From contig NC_058377.1 in the NCBI RefSeq assembly GCF_018350175.1, positions 114,886,001 through 114,950,000 on the forward strand: a DNA stretch of 64,000 bases. The letters are read 5' to 3'. The DNA comes from Felis catus. Lineage: Eukaryota. This document shows positions 1 through 40,699 of this stretch, one piece after another. The translations under genes and the position numbers were made by a program. How positions within the stretch are numbered: position 1 is the first letter of the stretch; each line of letters opens with the position of its first letter. The notes under the pieces were generated by a model. It saw nothing but the letters and a program-made list of their open reading frames with translations, had not been told where the DNA came from and searched no databases.

Positions 1-166
1 ATGCTCTCACAGTCTGTGAGTTCAAGCCCCGCGTCGGGCTCTGTGCTGACAGCTTGGAGCCTGGAGCCTGCTTCGGATTCTGTGTCTCCCTCTCTCTCTG
101 TTCCTCCCCTGCTCTCACTCTGTCTCTCTCTCAAAAATAAATAAAGATTTAAAAATTTTTTAAAAA
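1..166 (+). mobile_element. Feline Can-SINE (5' end cut by the window edge)
   Basis: gagttcaagccccgcgtcgggctctgtgctgacag, CT tract, AATAAA/A tail. Confidence 0.9.
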
Positions 167-289
167 TCTGTCTAGAGATATGTGTGCACTCCAGAAAAAA
201 AAAATAATATATGCATGTACTCTCATGCTCTTTAAAAAATATATTCATATATATAACCTTTCTTTCCCACAAAGAAAACCTTGCATTTC

Positions 290-2200
290 GAGGGCCTCAT
301 AAGTGAATCCTATCAAATACTTAAGCATGAGATAAAAACAATCTTTCACAAATTCTTCCCGAAAACCAAGGAGGAGGGAACACTTTCTCACTCACTTTTC
401 TAAGGCCACCATAATTCTAACACCAAAACCTGTCAAGGCTTTGCAGTAAAAGAAAAATTACAGACCAACCTCTCTAACAAAACATTAATGCGAAAACAAA
501 ATATTAGCGAATTCGTGCATCAACACATAAAAAAGAATAACACACACGCACACATGAAGTCTGTCCCGGAAACGCGAGGTCGGTTCAACATTCGAAAAAA
601 TCCTATCAGTGTGACTGACTTACGTTAACAGTAGTGAATACGTCTCTGTAGATTCAGAGACAGCATTTGACAAAGTTCAACACCTTCCACGATGAAAGTT
701 CTCAGCAAACGAAGAATGGAAAAGAGCTTCCTCGGTAATAAGACGTATCTACAAAAATATAGCATATACAGTGGGGAAATCCTGGGTCTTTTCTTCTAAA
801 ATTGGACGCAGGGCAAAGAAGTCCACTCTGCTGTTTTACTCGGTCCTGTGCTGGTGATCCTGGCCGGGGCAACGAGGTACGAAAAGTAACGTGGCTCCGA
901 ATAAGGTATTAGGCGCTGTATTTCAGACCACCTGATTGTATACAGAGTAAACTCGAAGGATCTACAAGCAAATCACTCAAACAAGTAAGTGAATTCAGCG
1001 TCTCAGCACACTCAGTCCCTGCACACAAGTTCAAAGGTTCCTCCGTGCGCTAGCCACAGCCAATTGGAAAATGCTTTAAAAGAAAAACCAGTACCATTTA
1101 CAACAGTGTCGACAAGCCAAATACCCGAGGAGTGTTTTAACAAAAGACACGCAAGTCCTCGGCGGTGGAAACGACAAACGCTCCGAGAGAAGTCGGACAA
1201 GCCACTGATACGGGACGAGATCCCGCGTCCACAGGCGGGAAAGACTCGGGATCATTTAGATGTCAATTCACGCTACGTGGATCCAGAGGTTTGGCTCAAT
1301 GCCGGTGAAAACTCTAGCGGGCTTTTCAGCGGGCGGGGGATTGAAATGGACAGTTTGATTCTAAAAGTTAAAAGCAAGCACAAAGATCTTGGAAAAGTCG
1401 AGAACATCCTGAGGAAAAGATAAAGTTGGAGGGCTCACGTTGCCTGATTTCAAGATTGTTAATACAGCTGCTGCTGCAAGTGAGAGACCGTGAGGCAAAG
1501 GGGTCCGTGGACAGATGTGTCCACATTCAGCTAAACACTTCTTGACAAGGGCGCCAAGCAAGTCAACCTCTGGGAGGAGGACAGTCTTCTCAGTATGGCT
1601 GCACATTTGCTACAGGGAAAAACTTAGCCTTAAGTCTCATACCCAAAAACGAATTTCAAATGGATCATAGACCTGAGTGTAAAAGCCTCAACTCTGGAGT
1701 TTCTAGAAGAAAACACAGGAAGAGATCTTCAGAGCCTTGGGTCAGGCAATGACCACTCCCCACCCTCCAAAAAAAATAAACAAAAACCCAAGAAAACAGC
1801 CCTGACCATAAGAAAAAGTGGATATGGTTGGATATCATCAAAATTAAACACTTCCGCTCCTCGAAAGACAGGTCAAATCCACAAGCCAGACTGGGAGAAA
1901 ATATTTCTCATCCACACACCTGACGATGTGCGCAAACGCCTCCTCGCGGTCCAGAAGGCAGATGTGTACACTCAGGTGGACAGAACGGACCGTAGGAAGG
2001 GTCCCCAGGGGTGGGGCACGGCTGGTGGAGATGCCCCCCCCCCGCCCGCCACTGCAGCCTACGGCACAGACTTGTTCTACACGTGCGCTTTCTTGAAATA
2101 AGTTTACTGAGCAGAACAAAGTGTTATAAGCTATATGAATTCAGTTATGGGAAGGGAGGGATTCTCCAAAAAGTAAACCTTCAGGGATGTAGGAGAGCAG
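290..2200 (+). mobile_element. Old degenerate LINE-1 (ORF2 3' half) relic in an EPS8L2 intron; boundaries approximate
   Basis: A-rich strand with L1-like strings (gcatttgacaaagttcaacac, caaatggatcatagacct, gactgggagaaaatatt); ORF 989-1423 is a decayed ORF2 piece. Confidence 0.8.
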
Positions 2201-2875
2201 TGTTGTTGACAGTGGGGAAGACTGACCACCGGGGTCAGCATGACTGAGCTTTGGGGTAATGGAGCTGTTGGGTCCCGGCCACGGTGGCACTGACTGCAAC
2301 AGAACCGCCCCCCGCCCCCCTCAGCGTCACTGTACGCTAACTTAGAGGCTTGAGCAGCCCCCCACTGCCAGGGTGGGTCTGATCTTGCCCCCACCTCCCA
2401 CCCTCTCTCTGTGCCTTGGCGTTCTCGTCTGGGAGGGCCAGGCCAGACCACTCACTTCCCCAGCCTTGCTGACTGCTGAGTGGGCAGGAGGGGTGCCCCT
2501 GGGCTGGGGTCTTTCCACAGGCTAGCTTGGACCAAAGTCCAGAAGGGCTGGGAGTCCCCAGTGGCATAGATGATTGCTCACCAAGGACGGCAAAGTCCCC
2601 ACGACCCCGAGAGAGGCGGCTGAGCTGCCTGGGAAGGAAGGGGACGCGCTGACCTGTCCTCACTAGGTACTCTGCCCTTGGGCCCTGAGCCAGCAGCAGC
2701 CACCAGCCTGGCAGGGAGGGCTGCTCCCTCAACACAGCCCAATTCAAGAACCTAGGGACTCCCAACGTCTCTGCAGACCCATTGTATAGACCAGGAACCT
2801 GAGGCTCAGAAAGTAGTGACACGTCCGGCTTCTGTGGGTGTGAGGGGGTTCTATGTGCGTGTGGGGGTCTTCATC

Positions 2876-3002
2876 TTGCTGGTCCAGGGCCCCCCTTCCT
2901 GGTCCAAGCTCTTCCTTCCTGGTCCAGGGCCCCCCTTCCTGATCCAAGCCCTGCTTCCTGGTCCAGCCCCCCCTTCCTGGTCCAAGCCCCCCCCCCCTTC
3001 CT
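2876..3002 (+). repeat. Minisatellite, ~20-bp unit (GGTCCAGGGCCCCCCTTCCT and variants), about 6 copies
   Basis: Read directly. Confidence 0.9.
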
Positions 3003-3581
3003 CCCTTCTCAGCCATTCTCAGCCCTGTTGTCCTACAGGTTTGGACAGTGGCTAAGAACCAGGAAGGTCACTTAAAAAACATATTTCCGGAGTTCTAAGT
3101 GTGACTCAAAACTGACCTAGAGTAAAAACCCTCCTGAGCTGGCAGCTGGTCTTAAGTTCAGTTAACCAGTCTGGACTCTCGCTGAGCCCATCAGAACTGG
3201 CCATGCCAGGCTTTCTCTGCAGAAGCTCAGGAAGTGTGTCTTTGTCTCACCTAACGCCTCCTAATCTAGTTCCTTGTTTGGGGGCCAGGATGGCCAGTTT
3301 CCCTCCAGCAGGTTTTCCCATCCGAGCGTTGCCGAACAGCACCCGAGGGTTGTCCCTGCCTGGCCTGTATTGGCCACTGGCATCTCCCATCCCCTGACAT
3401 AGCTCCAGGGCTCCTGTGTCCCCCAGACTGTCACCTTCCCAGGACTGGAGGACAGGTGTGGGGCAGTCCTTGGCTCTGGCTGCCCGCTGTGGGTGTCAGA
3501 AGCTGGGCTGACCCCTTCCCTCTGTGCCTCAGTTCCCACACCTGCCCAGGGACCGGAGTGCTCCTCAGGGGCTGGCCTCAC

Positions 3582-3646
3582 CTGGACATGGTACTGGGAG
3601 GTCTCATGCATGATGATGTTGGAGTTGGAGTACTTCTTCCTCTGTT
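3582..3646 (-). CDS. EPS8L2: EPS8L2 third coding exon
   Basis: Encodes [21 protein letters not shown]; CAG acceptor, CAG|GTGAGG donor. Confidence 0.95.
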
Positions 3647-4595
3647 CTGAGCAGGGAGCCACCGGTCACTCACCCCAGAGGGCAAGACCCACAGCCCCTA
3701 GTTCAGGTGGGACTGGACTCCCAGGTTGGGCCACAGGGAGGGCCAAATGGAGGCGAGGGGTGCTGCCACCAGAAAGGACTCAAGGGTATGAGATGTGAGT
3801 GAGCCCCCCCCCCCCCAGGATGGTCCCTGCTTAGGAAAGGATCCCCAGCTCAGAGCAGTGATAGGGGTCTGTCCTTGAGGGGTGCAGGAGTCTCAACAAC
3901 TCCTCCCATGGAGGCCCCTTGCCAACCTTCCTGGGAAGGGGTCCAATCCAGGGCTTCCCCCAACTCCCAGAGCTGCCTGCCAACATCTCCCGGCCCCTCC
4001 CTGGCGCTCCTGACTTTCCAGACAGGGCACCGAGTCCAAAGGCACAAGTGTGTGTCTGCGGGGAGGGGCAGAGTCGGGGGAGGTCCTGGCTGGCCAGGCC
4101 CCGCCCCCGCGGAGCAGACACCTGGCGCTCCACCCAGCCCGAACCCCGCCCCCCTGGGCTATCTGGTTGCAGCGAGGAGGGCAGCCGAATCAATATTGAT
4201 GGTTCCTGAATTATTAGTAAAGGCCTCTCTCCTTACGGTGAGGGAGGGAGGGGCCTGAGCAGCTAGCTGTTGCTTAATTAGGGTCCGGGGGCCTCCTTCG
4301 GGCACCCAGGGCTCACGTGCCTCTCCCATGGTGCCCCAGCCCCAGCACAGCCTGGGGGGAGGGGGAGTGGGCGAGACCCCACGGCCACGTCCGTCCAGGA
4401 GACTCACTCACCAAACAGGTCCTTGGCACTCATCTTGGCCACACCGTCCGACCGGCCCAGGCTGCCGCTGCAGGGGAGGGGCGCCGTGAGGGCGAGGCCC
4501 ACACCGCGCCCCTCCCTGGGGACTGCTCCGCAGGTGGGGGTGGGGACTCACTTGGCAGCACCGGGGCAGCAGCTCACGGACCCCAGCTGGCTCAT
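3582..4595 (-). CDS. EPS8L2: EPS8-like 2, N-terminal coding exons only (join 4552-4595, 4412-4467, 3582-3646); gene continues beyond the window start
   Basis: Spliced translation [55 protein letters not shown] matches the EPS8L2 N-terminus. Exons of 44/56/65 nt have GT-AG boundaries and consistent phase. Syntenic next to TMEM80. Confidence 0.95.
4412..4467 (-). CDS. EPS8L2: EPS8L2 second coding exon
   Basis: Encodes [18 protein letters not shown]; CAG acceptor, G|GTGAGT donor. Confidence 0.93.
4552..4595 (-). CDS. EPS8L2: EPS8L2 first coding exon (ATG at 4595)
   Basis: GCCATG AGC CAG CTG..., donor AA|GTGAGT. Confidence 0.93.
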
Positions 4596-6849
4596 GGCGT
4601 CCTCGGTCGTGGCTGGCGATGGGGGGTGATGGAGGCCTGTGCGGCCTGGGTCCAAGGCCTAGTGGACAGGGTAGCCGAGCTGACACCTCACTGGGGCCTG
4701 GTCAGTGGCTTCAGGGCTCCCAGGGCGCGGCTTGGTCTCCTGCTCCACCCACCGCAGGTCCAGAGGCTGCAGCCCTGGCGTCCTGGCCAGATTCCCCAGT
4801 GTGCTTGGGCGGGGTGTCCTCAGGGAGCGGAGCCCTGCCTCCTGGATGTGGCAGGACCTCCCAGCCCATGTCCCAGCTGTCAGACGTGTGCCCCTATCTC
4901 ACTCCAGACCCTTGGTCCTCCACAGGGAGCCCCAGGGCGGGCCAGTAGAGGGGTCCCACTCCCGAGGCTATCTGGCGTGGGGCTGCAAGGACAGTGTCCT
5001 GGTGATTCTGAGATGGGACTGGGGGAGGAACCACCTTCCAAGCAGAGGGAATGCATGTTCAAAGGCCCTGAATCAGGTGGGAGCCAACATGAGAGGACAG
5101 CAGCACAGGATGAGACTGAGTCTGGGATGGGGTTGGGGGGAAGGTGTGGCCCTGAGGACCCAGAACCCAGTCCAGAGGGAGCCCACCCTCAGGGGGGTGA
5201 GCAGAGCCTGGTATCCCCGGGCCAGGCTAACATGTCCTATGGTGTCTGTGCCCCATGGGGACCTCTGACAAGACTGTCCCTCTGTGGGGGGTTCGGTATT
5301 GGGGGTCTGTTGGAGTGGGTACTCATAGGCCAGGAGTGCTGGTACCTGGGGGTGGGGAGCACCCTAGGACTTTCTGGTTTGATCAGGTCCCACCTACGAG
5401 GAGGGCTTCCAAGAGGTGTGAGGGGTCTGGGGGCTTCGGGTCACCCCTTCCCATGTGCCACTGAGGGTCCTGGCTCTCTCAGGATGGGTGGGAGTAGGGG
5501 CTTGGTCAGATTCCTCTGACCATCTGCCCGTGGAGAATGTCCGGAATGCTCATGACCTCAGTGAGTGAGCCAAGTGTTTGCTTAATGGGATTCCTGATGG
5601 GCTGAGCCAAGGGCACTGGGCACGTGTGTCCAGGTACACACACACCTGGGCAAAATCCAGGCCTCTGGGCACACACAGACAAGCACAGGTTGACACATGG
5701 CCCTTCTCCTTGGGGAGCCTAGGCTGGGAACACTGTGGCCTTCACCTCCCTGGAGCAGGGCGGCGGGGGGCCTCGGCAGGGCCAGCCAAAGAGCTGAGTC
5801 CAGGAGCTGGCATCTGGGTTGGGGAGCAGCTGGGGGAGGGGCCGCCTACGGGCCCATTCCAGTCAGCTGACCGGGGCAGGGGAGCTGGGCAACCCCAAGG
5901 AACCGGACAACACCTGGGGCCCAGGCTGCACTTTGGTTTTACTGCGGCCATTTTCCGGGTGCAAAGGGAAGGCCAAGCAGGGTGCCTGGCTGGGCCGTGG
6001 AGGAGGCCCGAGCAGGGCAGGGAGGGTGGAGGCACCAGCCCCAAGTTCAAATTCCAGCTCGCGCAGGCAGGCCCAGTGACCTTGGGGAGGAGTCCGCTTA
6101 AAGCCCAGAGGAAGCTGGGCGGAGCCCTGGAACGGGGGACCCCCCAGGCGCTGGCCGTGCTGGGGTCTGGGAGCTACAGGCTGGGGAGGGCCCAACCAGG
6201 TTGGTAAGCAGGGACAGGCCTGGGAAGCCTGAGTGGGGGAGGAGTGGGCTTAAGGCTCACTGGGGAGGCAGGCACAGAGGACCCAACAGACAGGGCCAGG
6301 GGAGTGACGAGCCACTGAGGCCCCGTTCTAGGCAGGCATCAGGAGAGGCCTGGGCAGGGCCCTGGTGGGGGTGGGGGGAGAGTGCAGAGGTGGGGAAGGA
6401 GAGACGTCACCAGCTGGGCCCCGGCTCCCAGCGCTGCTGGGGCCACCTCCACCTGGAGTGGGGGCAGAGGTGGTTTGTGGGTGCGCCTGAGAAGCACCTC
6501 AAGCCTGCCTACCCTCCTCCCCTGCCCCCAGGGACACCTTCACGCACAGGGACCACCCCAGGCCAGCCTGGCCCAGGGAGGAGGGACCCAGGGTAGCCTC
6601 AGGCGGGGCACCGGCAGGCCCCTGCAACACAGCACCCAGCCTCCTCCTCCCTGAAACTCCCACACCCCTTGACCCAGAGCCTGACCCTAGCCTGATGTTT
6701 CCTTCTCGCTCAGACACCCAGGAAGTGCCTCCTGAGCTGACAAACAGAGAGCCACTGGCTCACCTGTCTGGTGTCTGGCCGCCAAGGAGGCCCAGCCTGT
6801 CCCGTGGAAGGGGAAGGGGGGGGCTTGGGGAGGAAGGGGTTCCCCCCCC

Positions 6850-7620
6850 CCAAGCCCAGGGCTAGGAGGGGGCCGGCTGACTCAGGTCACCGCCGCCGCC
6901 CCAGGACCAGGCGGGGCAGACCAGGCCGCAACGGCACCGGGCTCCTTGGCCGCTCGTTCGGCTCAGCGCTCTCGCACCCCGTTGCCCCTGGCGCCCCGGC
7001 CCGGCCCAAGGACTCAGGCCAGAGCCTCCAGTTTCCTGGCTACCTGGGGAAACTGAGGCCCAGCCGGACCGCCGTCCGTTCGCGGGGCTCCTGGGTCGCT
7101 CCTTGGCCAAAGCGCGGGCGGCTGCCCGGCAGGTCGGGGTGCGCTGGGTGGGAAACCGTGGGGGCGCTAACCTGCTGCTCCCGGCCCCGTGCCCGCGCCG
7201 CCGGTGGGTGCCCTGGTCCGCGCGTCCGTCCGCACGTCTGTCGTCTCCTCGCCTCGGCGCCCAGGCTCGGGCAGCGGGAGGGACGCGCGGCTGGGCCGGG
7301 CCGGGGCGGGGCCGCGAGGAGGAACCCGAGCGGCAGGTTAGAGACCCGGGAGCCGGCGGGTGCGGGGGGAGGGGTGGGGACAGGACGAGGACGCCCCGCC
7401 TCTCCGGCTCGGCCCCGCCCCCCGGGGCTCCCCGCGCTCGGCCCCCCACACCCACCCCCGTGGACCCCCTGGACCTGCAGACCCCACCCACCCCCAGAGC
7501 CGGGGCGCCCGCGGACGGATAGGCGGATCTGGAGCCCCTCACCCCGGAGATGCGCCGGTGTGACCGAGCAGGGCGAGGCTCTGAGATCTTCGCGAGGCAG
7601 GCCTGGATGAGTCCTAGCAG
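6850..7620 (-). promoter_or_regulatory. EPS8L2: CpG island / probable EPS8L2 promoter with candidate non-coding first exon (donor CAG|GTTAGC at 7172/7171)
   Basis: CpG-dense, with GC boxes (GGGGCGGGG near 7303) and an AP-1 TGACTCA at 6878-6884; lies about 2.5 kb upstream of the first coding exon. Confidence 0.65.
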
Positions 7621-9217
7621 ATGCCAGGTACCCCCAGCCTCAGCTGCCGCGGCAGAGGGGCTCTCTCTGGGGCCCCGGGACAGACTCCCCTCCCCTTCAG
7701 CTGGCCCCTCTGCTCTAGAGGGATGGGGGGAGTGCTAGGACCAGGCTTTAGTCTGCAAGTGGGTGTCAAAGTTATGATCGGAGGCCAGAGACCCCAGGGC
7801 TCTGCGCGCTGAGCCTCCCAGGCCGGGGAGGGGCCCTCCCCTCCACAATTCAGGAGATCCTATAGTCTTTTCGCATAGCCTCAACCAACATGGGCATCCC
7901 CAGAGGGATGTGGGTGTCAGACGGGAGGGTGGGGATCCTGTGGCCCAGACTGTTCACTGGTGCCAGGGACCAGAACAGGTGGGGGAGGGCACTCCTGGCA
8001 GTGCCCCCCTCCTTAGGCCCAGGCCCCACCCTCTGCCCTCAGCGTAGGGCAGGTGTCCTGAATGGACTCCCAGGATGCCCCTGCTCAGCCAGCTGGCTGG
8101 GAGGAAGTGAAGGGGCAGAGGGCAGGTCCGGGCAGCGGTGGGCACCCCCAGGCACGTGCAAGGACCCAAGGGCTCTGGCTATGATTCCTGGGGTGGTGTG
8201 GGGGTGGAAACGGGTGTGTCAGGAGGCAGGGGCCCAGGGCAGTTGGCCTTGTTTGCCTGGCACTGACGTGGAGCGCTTCCTGGGGAACCGCCTGGGGAAG
8301 GGAGGCACACTGGGTCCTGGACGGTCAGTGGCACTGCCTTTTCACGGGTCACCAGGACCCCGGGGGCGGGTCTCCCTGCCTGCTGTCTGAAGCATCACAG
8401 GTGAGCTCTCCCAGGTGGGGCAGGAAGTGGCCTTCTCCTTGGGCCCAGCCCTGCCCCCGAGCCCTGGCAGGACCTGGCTTCCTGGTTCTCTCTCCTACTC
8501 TGCTGAGCACTGGGAGAGGAAGGCCCGGGCCCGCCCTCGTCCTTCCTGGAGACGGAGCCTGGACGGGCAAAAAGTGGGAAGGCCGGCACACAAGGGAGCA
8601 GCTGAGGTGGGGACTAGCACTTCTGAAATGAAAGTCACTGTCCCCAGACCAGGACTGACCCTGATCAGGAGGCAGCAGAGAGCCTGGAGTCCCAGGCTGG
8701 CTGGTGGCCACGTGGAGCTGTGGTGCCCTCCGTGGCAGCTGACCGCCACTTGCATGTAAACAAAGTGATAGGGGTGTCCGGAGCCCAGCTCGGGGCAGGA
8801 GATCACGAACCCTGAAGGCCACAGGTGTCCGGCTGCCAGAGTCTACAGGGGAACTGGCTGGGCGCTCCCAGAGGCAAGCGCACCCGTCCCGTCCTTCCCG
8901 AGTCCGCCCGGCGCCAGCAGCAGGGAAGGCAGCGGGGAGGCGGGAGGACGCCTGCTGGTCCAGAGCCAGAGTGGGCAGCGCAGAGAGGTCCTGCTCCCAC
9001 TTGCCCCTGCCGGGACAGAGGCCATGGGGGGCGCCACTGCGGCCCCTCGAGGAAGCCAGTCCCCGTGGAGGTCCCGGACTGGCCCTGAGGCCTGGCTTGG
9101 CTGTCCTCCGGGGGAAGCCCTCCTCCTGGGGCTGCTGGGGGAGGCCTGGATGGGGTGTGTGCTCTTGGGTATGGAAGAGGTGGGCGGCCTCAGGAGGAAT
9201 TCAGGGAGGTATAAACA

Positions 9218-9223
9218 TTTATT
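9218..9223 (-). terminator. TMEM80: Probable TMEM80 polyadenylation signal AATAAA
   Basis: tttatt on the + strand about 900 nt past the stop. Confidence 0.6.
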
Positions 9224-10127
9224 TCCACAAAACGGTAGAGAAAACGTCCAGATACCCAACGTTTTGTTCCAGACGTGGACGGTGCGCAGCGTGAACAGGT
9301 AAAGGTCTTGGAGAGCAGGAGCTCGGTGTCTTCCCGGGAGCCATTGCGATCTGCGAAGGGGGAAGAAGGCACAAACAGAATGCGAGGAGCACAGTGCAAA
9401 CGTCCCTGGCGTTTTAACGACCGAGGCTTGGACGTGGGGGCACTGAGGCACCGGGCTGGGGCAGTGGAGGGCCGTTCGCCGCTGGCCCACTCCCTGCCTT
9501 CCTCCCGTCAGTGCCAGGGTCTCGGCCCGTCCTTCCTTCAGGAGCCCCCAGGGGAGAGGAGCTGCAGCTGCCAACATCCCCCCGGACACCAGGGCCCACG
9601 GTTCCTAAGCAGCCCGGGGCCCGGCTGCCCGCTTCCCGTGCTGCCCCTGGAGCCCCCGGCAGAGCAGCAGCACGGTGGGTATGGAACACGCACCGCCCCG
9701 GCCTGCGCCCTCACAGCCACGGGGGAACCGGCAAGACACGGCCAGGCTGCTCCTTCCGGCAGGGAACGGTGGTTTGTGGCCACAGCTCGGCCACCTCCTT
9801 TCCCAAGGGCCTGTTCCCTTCTGGGTCGGGGGTCAGGGCAGCTGCCGGAGGGAGATCCTCACCAGCCAAAAGCGGGGCCTGAGCAGATGTTCCCGCGGTC
9901 TCCCTTCCCCACCCTTCGTGCGGCTGTTCCCGGCAACTCCCCCGGCTCTCTGCTCTGCCCTGGGTTCCTGGCCACCCCACCACCCAAAATTCGTAAACCA
10001 CTCCAAACCGTCCTACCCGTCCACACCGGTGCCCTTCCGTCCAGCACTGGGGGAGGAGACGGCCGAGCTCCCAGGCGGGGGCTTCTGTGCAGAGCTGTCC
10101 TGCCCGGCAAAGCCGGGTGCTGCCCGC

Positions 10128-15762
<5,635 letters not shown>

Positions 15763-16545
15763 CTTGCCGCCCGGCCCCGCCCGCCCAGTCCGCCGCGATC
15801 CCGGCAGTCTCTCGGCTCCGCGCTCTTCGCGTCCCTTCGGCCATTTTCGCTTCTGCTCCCGAAGAGGCCCGACCTCGCCGCGCTTCGGGAGTTGATTCCG
15901 ATCCGCGGCCGAGGCCCGATCAACCCGTCCGGCAGCGCTCGGGCACTTTCGTACAGGCGGAGGCGGAGAGCCGAGGCTCGGAGTATCGGGGCTCGGCAAC
16001 GCTCGGCTCTGTTCGGCTTCACCTCGGACGGACTCGGCTCCCGCTCGAGGCGGGGGTGGGCGGAGCCTGCGACGAAAGGTTCTCCTGGCCCGGCCGCGCT
16101 GCGTCGGAGGCCGGCGAGATTCTGCCCCACAGTCGGCGACCCTGTTGCGGGGGACGAAGGGTGGCGCGGCCTCCCAGGCGCTGAGGAGGGGTTAGCGCAG
16201 AGCCGTTCGGAAGCCCTCGTACAGCCTCGGACCAGTTCGGGCAGCCTCGGCTCCGCACTTCGGGCCGCTTCGGCCCTCCTCGGTTCCGGACTCTCGGCCG
16301 TCGGCGGAGCTCGACTGGGCCGCTTCGTGCCGGTTCGGCCCCTGTTCGGGCAGCCTCGGCTCGGCGGCGCAAGAGGCTTCGGGCAGGCTCGGCTCGGCTC
16401 GGCTGGCAGCTTCGGGCGGCCTCGGCCCGGCTCGGCTCGGCTCGGCCCGGCTCGGGCGGCCCTCCTCGCGCTGCGCGCTTCGGGCTCCGTCCCGGCCTTC
16501 GGGCGGCCCCGGCTGGCGCCTTCGGGCGGGCTCGGCGGAGTCCGG

Positions 16546-40405
<23,860 letters not shown>

Positions 40406-40693
40406 GGGTCCCTGGGTCCCCTCTCCACGGTGCCGCCGGGCTGCCGCAGGTCGGGGACTCCGGAGGATGCTGAGGAGGTGAAAACGCTTGCTGGTCAAGT
40501 TGTTAACAGACTCTAAGTGACCTGCGCCCTTGGAAATGAGCCCCTGCTGCCCAGAAGCCCTGAGGGAGGTCGGGGCAGCGGCTGGACGCCGGCCCCGGGC
40601 CCTTGGCGCCTTCTCTCGGTGCTCTTTTTATCCCCTGGTCTTCCCCACGGGTGTGTCGTGTGCCGTAACACGCGTGTACATAACGTGTCTGTC

Positions 40694-40699
40694 AATAAA
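40694..40699 (+). terminator. DEAF1: DEAF1 polyadenylation signal AATAAA
   Basis: First AATAAA after the stop, about 290 nt downstream. Confidence 0.8.

Noticed and set aside
989-1423. 144-aa ORF
   Set aside because: Decayed L1 ORF2 fragment
2876-3002. Regularly spaced repeats as a CRISPR-like array
   Set aside because: Eukaryotic context, tandem units with no unique spacers, no cas genes
4317-5519. 400-aa + strand ORF antisense to EPS8L2
   Set aside because: Non-ATG start, low-complexity Gly/Pro/Ala content, no recognisable domain; expected in GC-rich DNA
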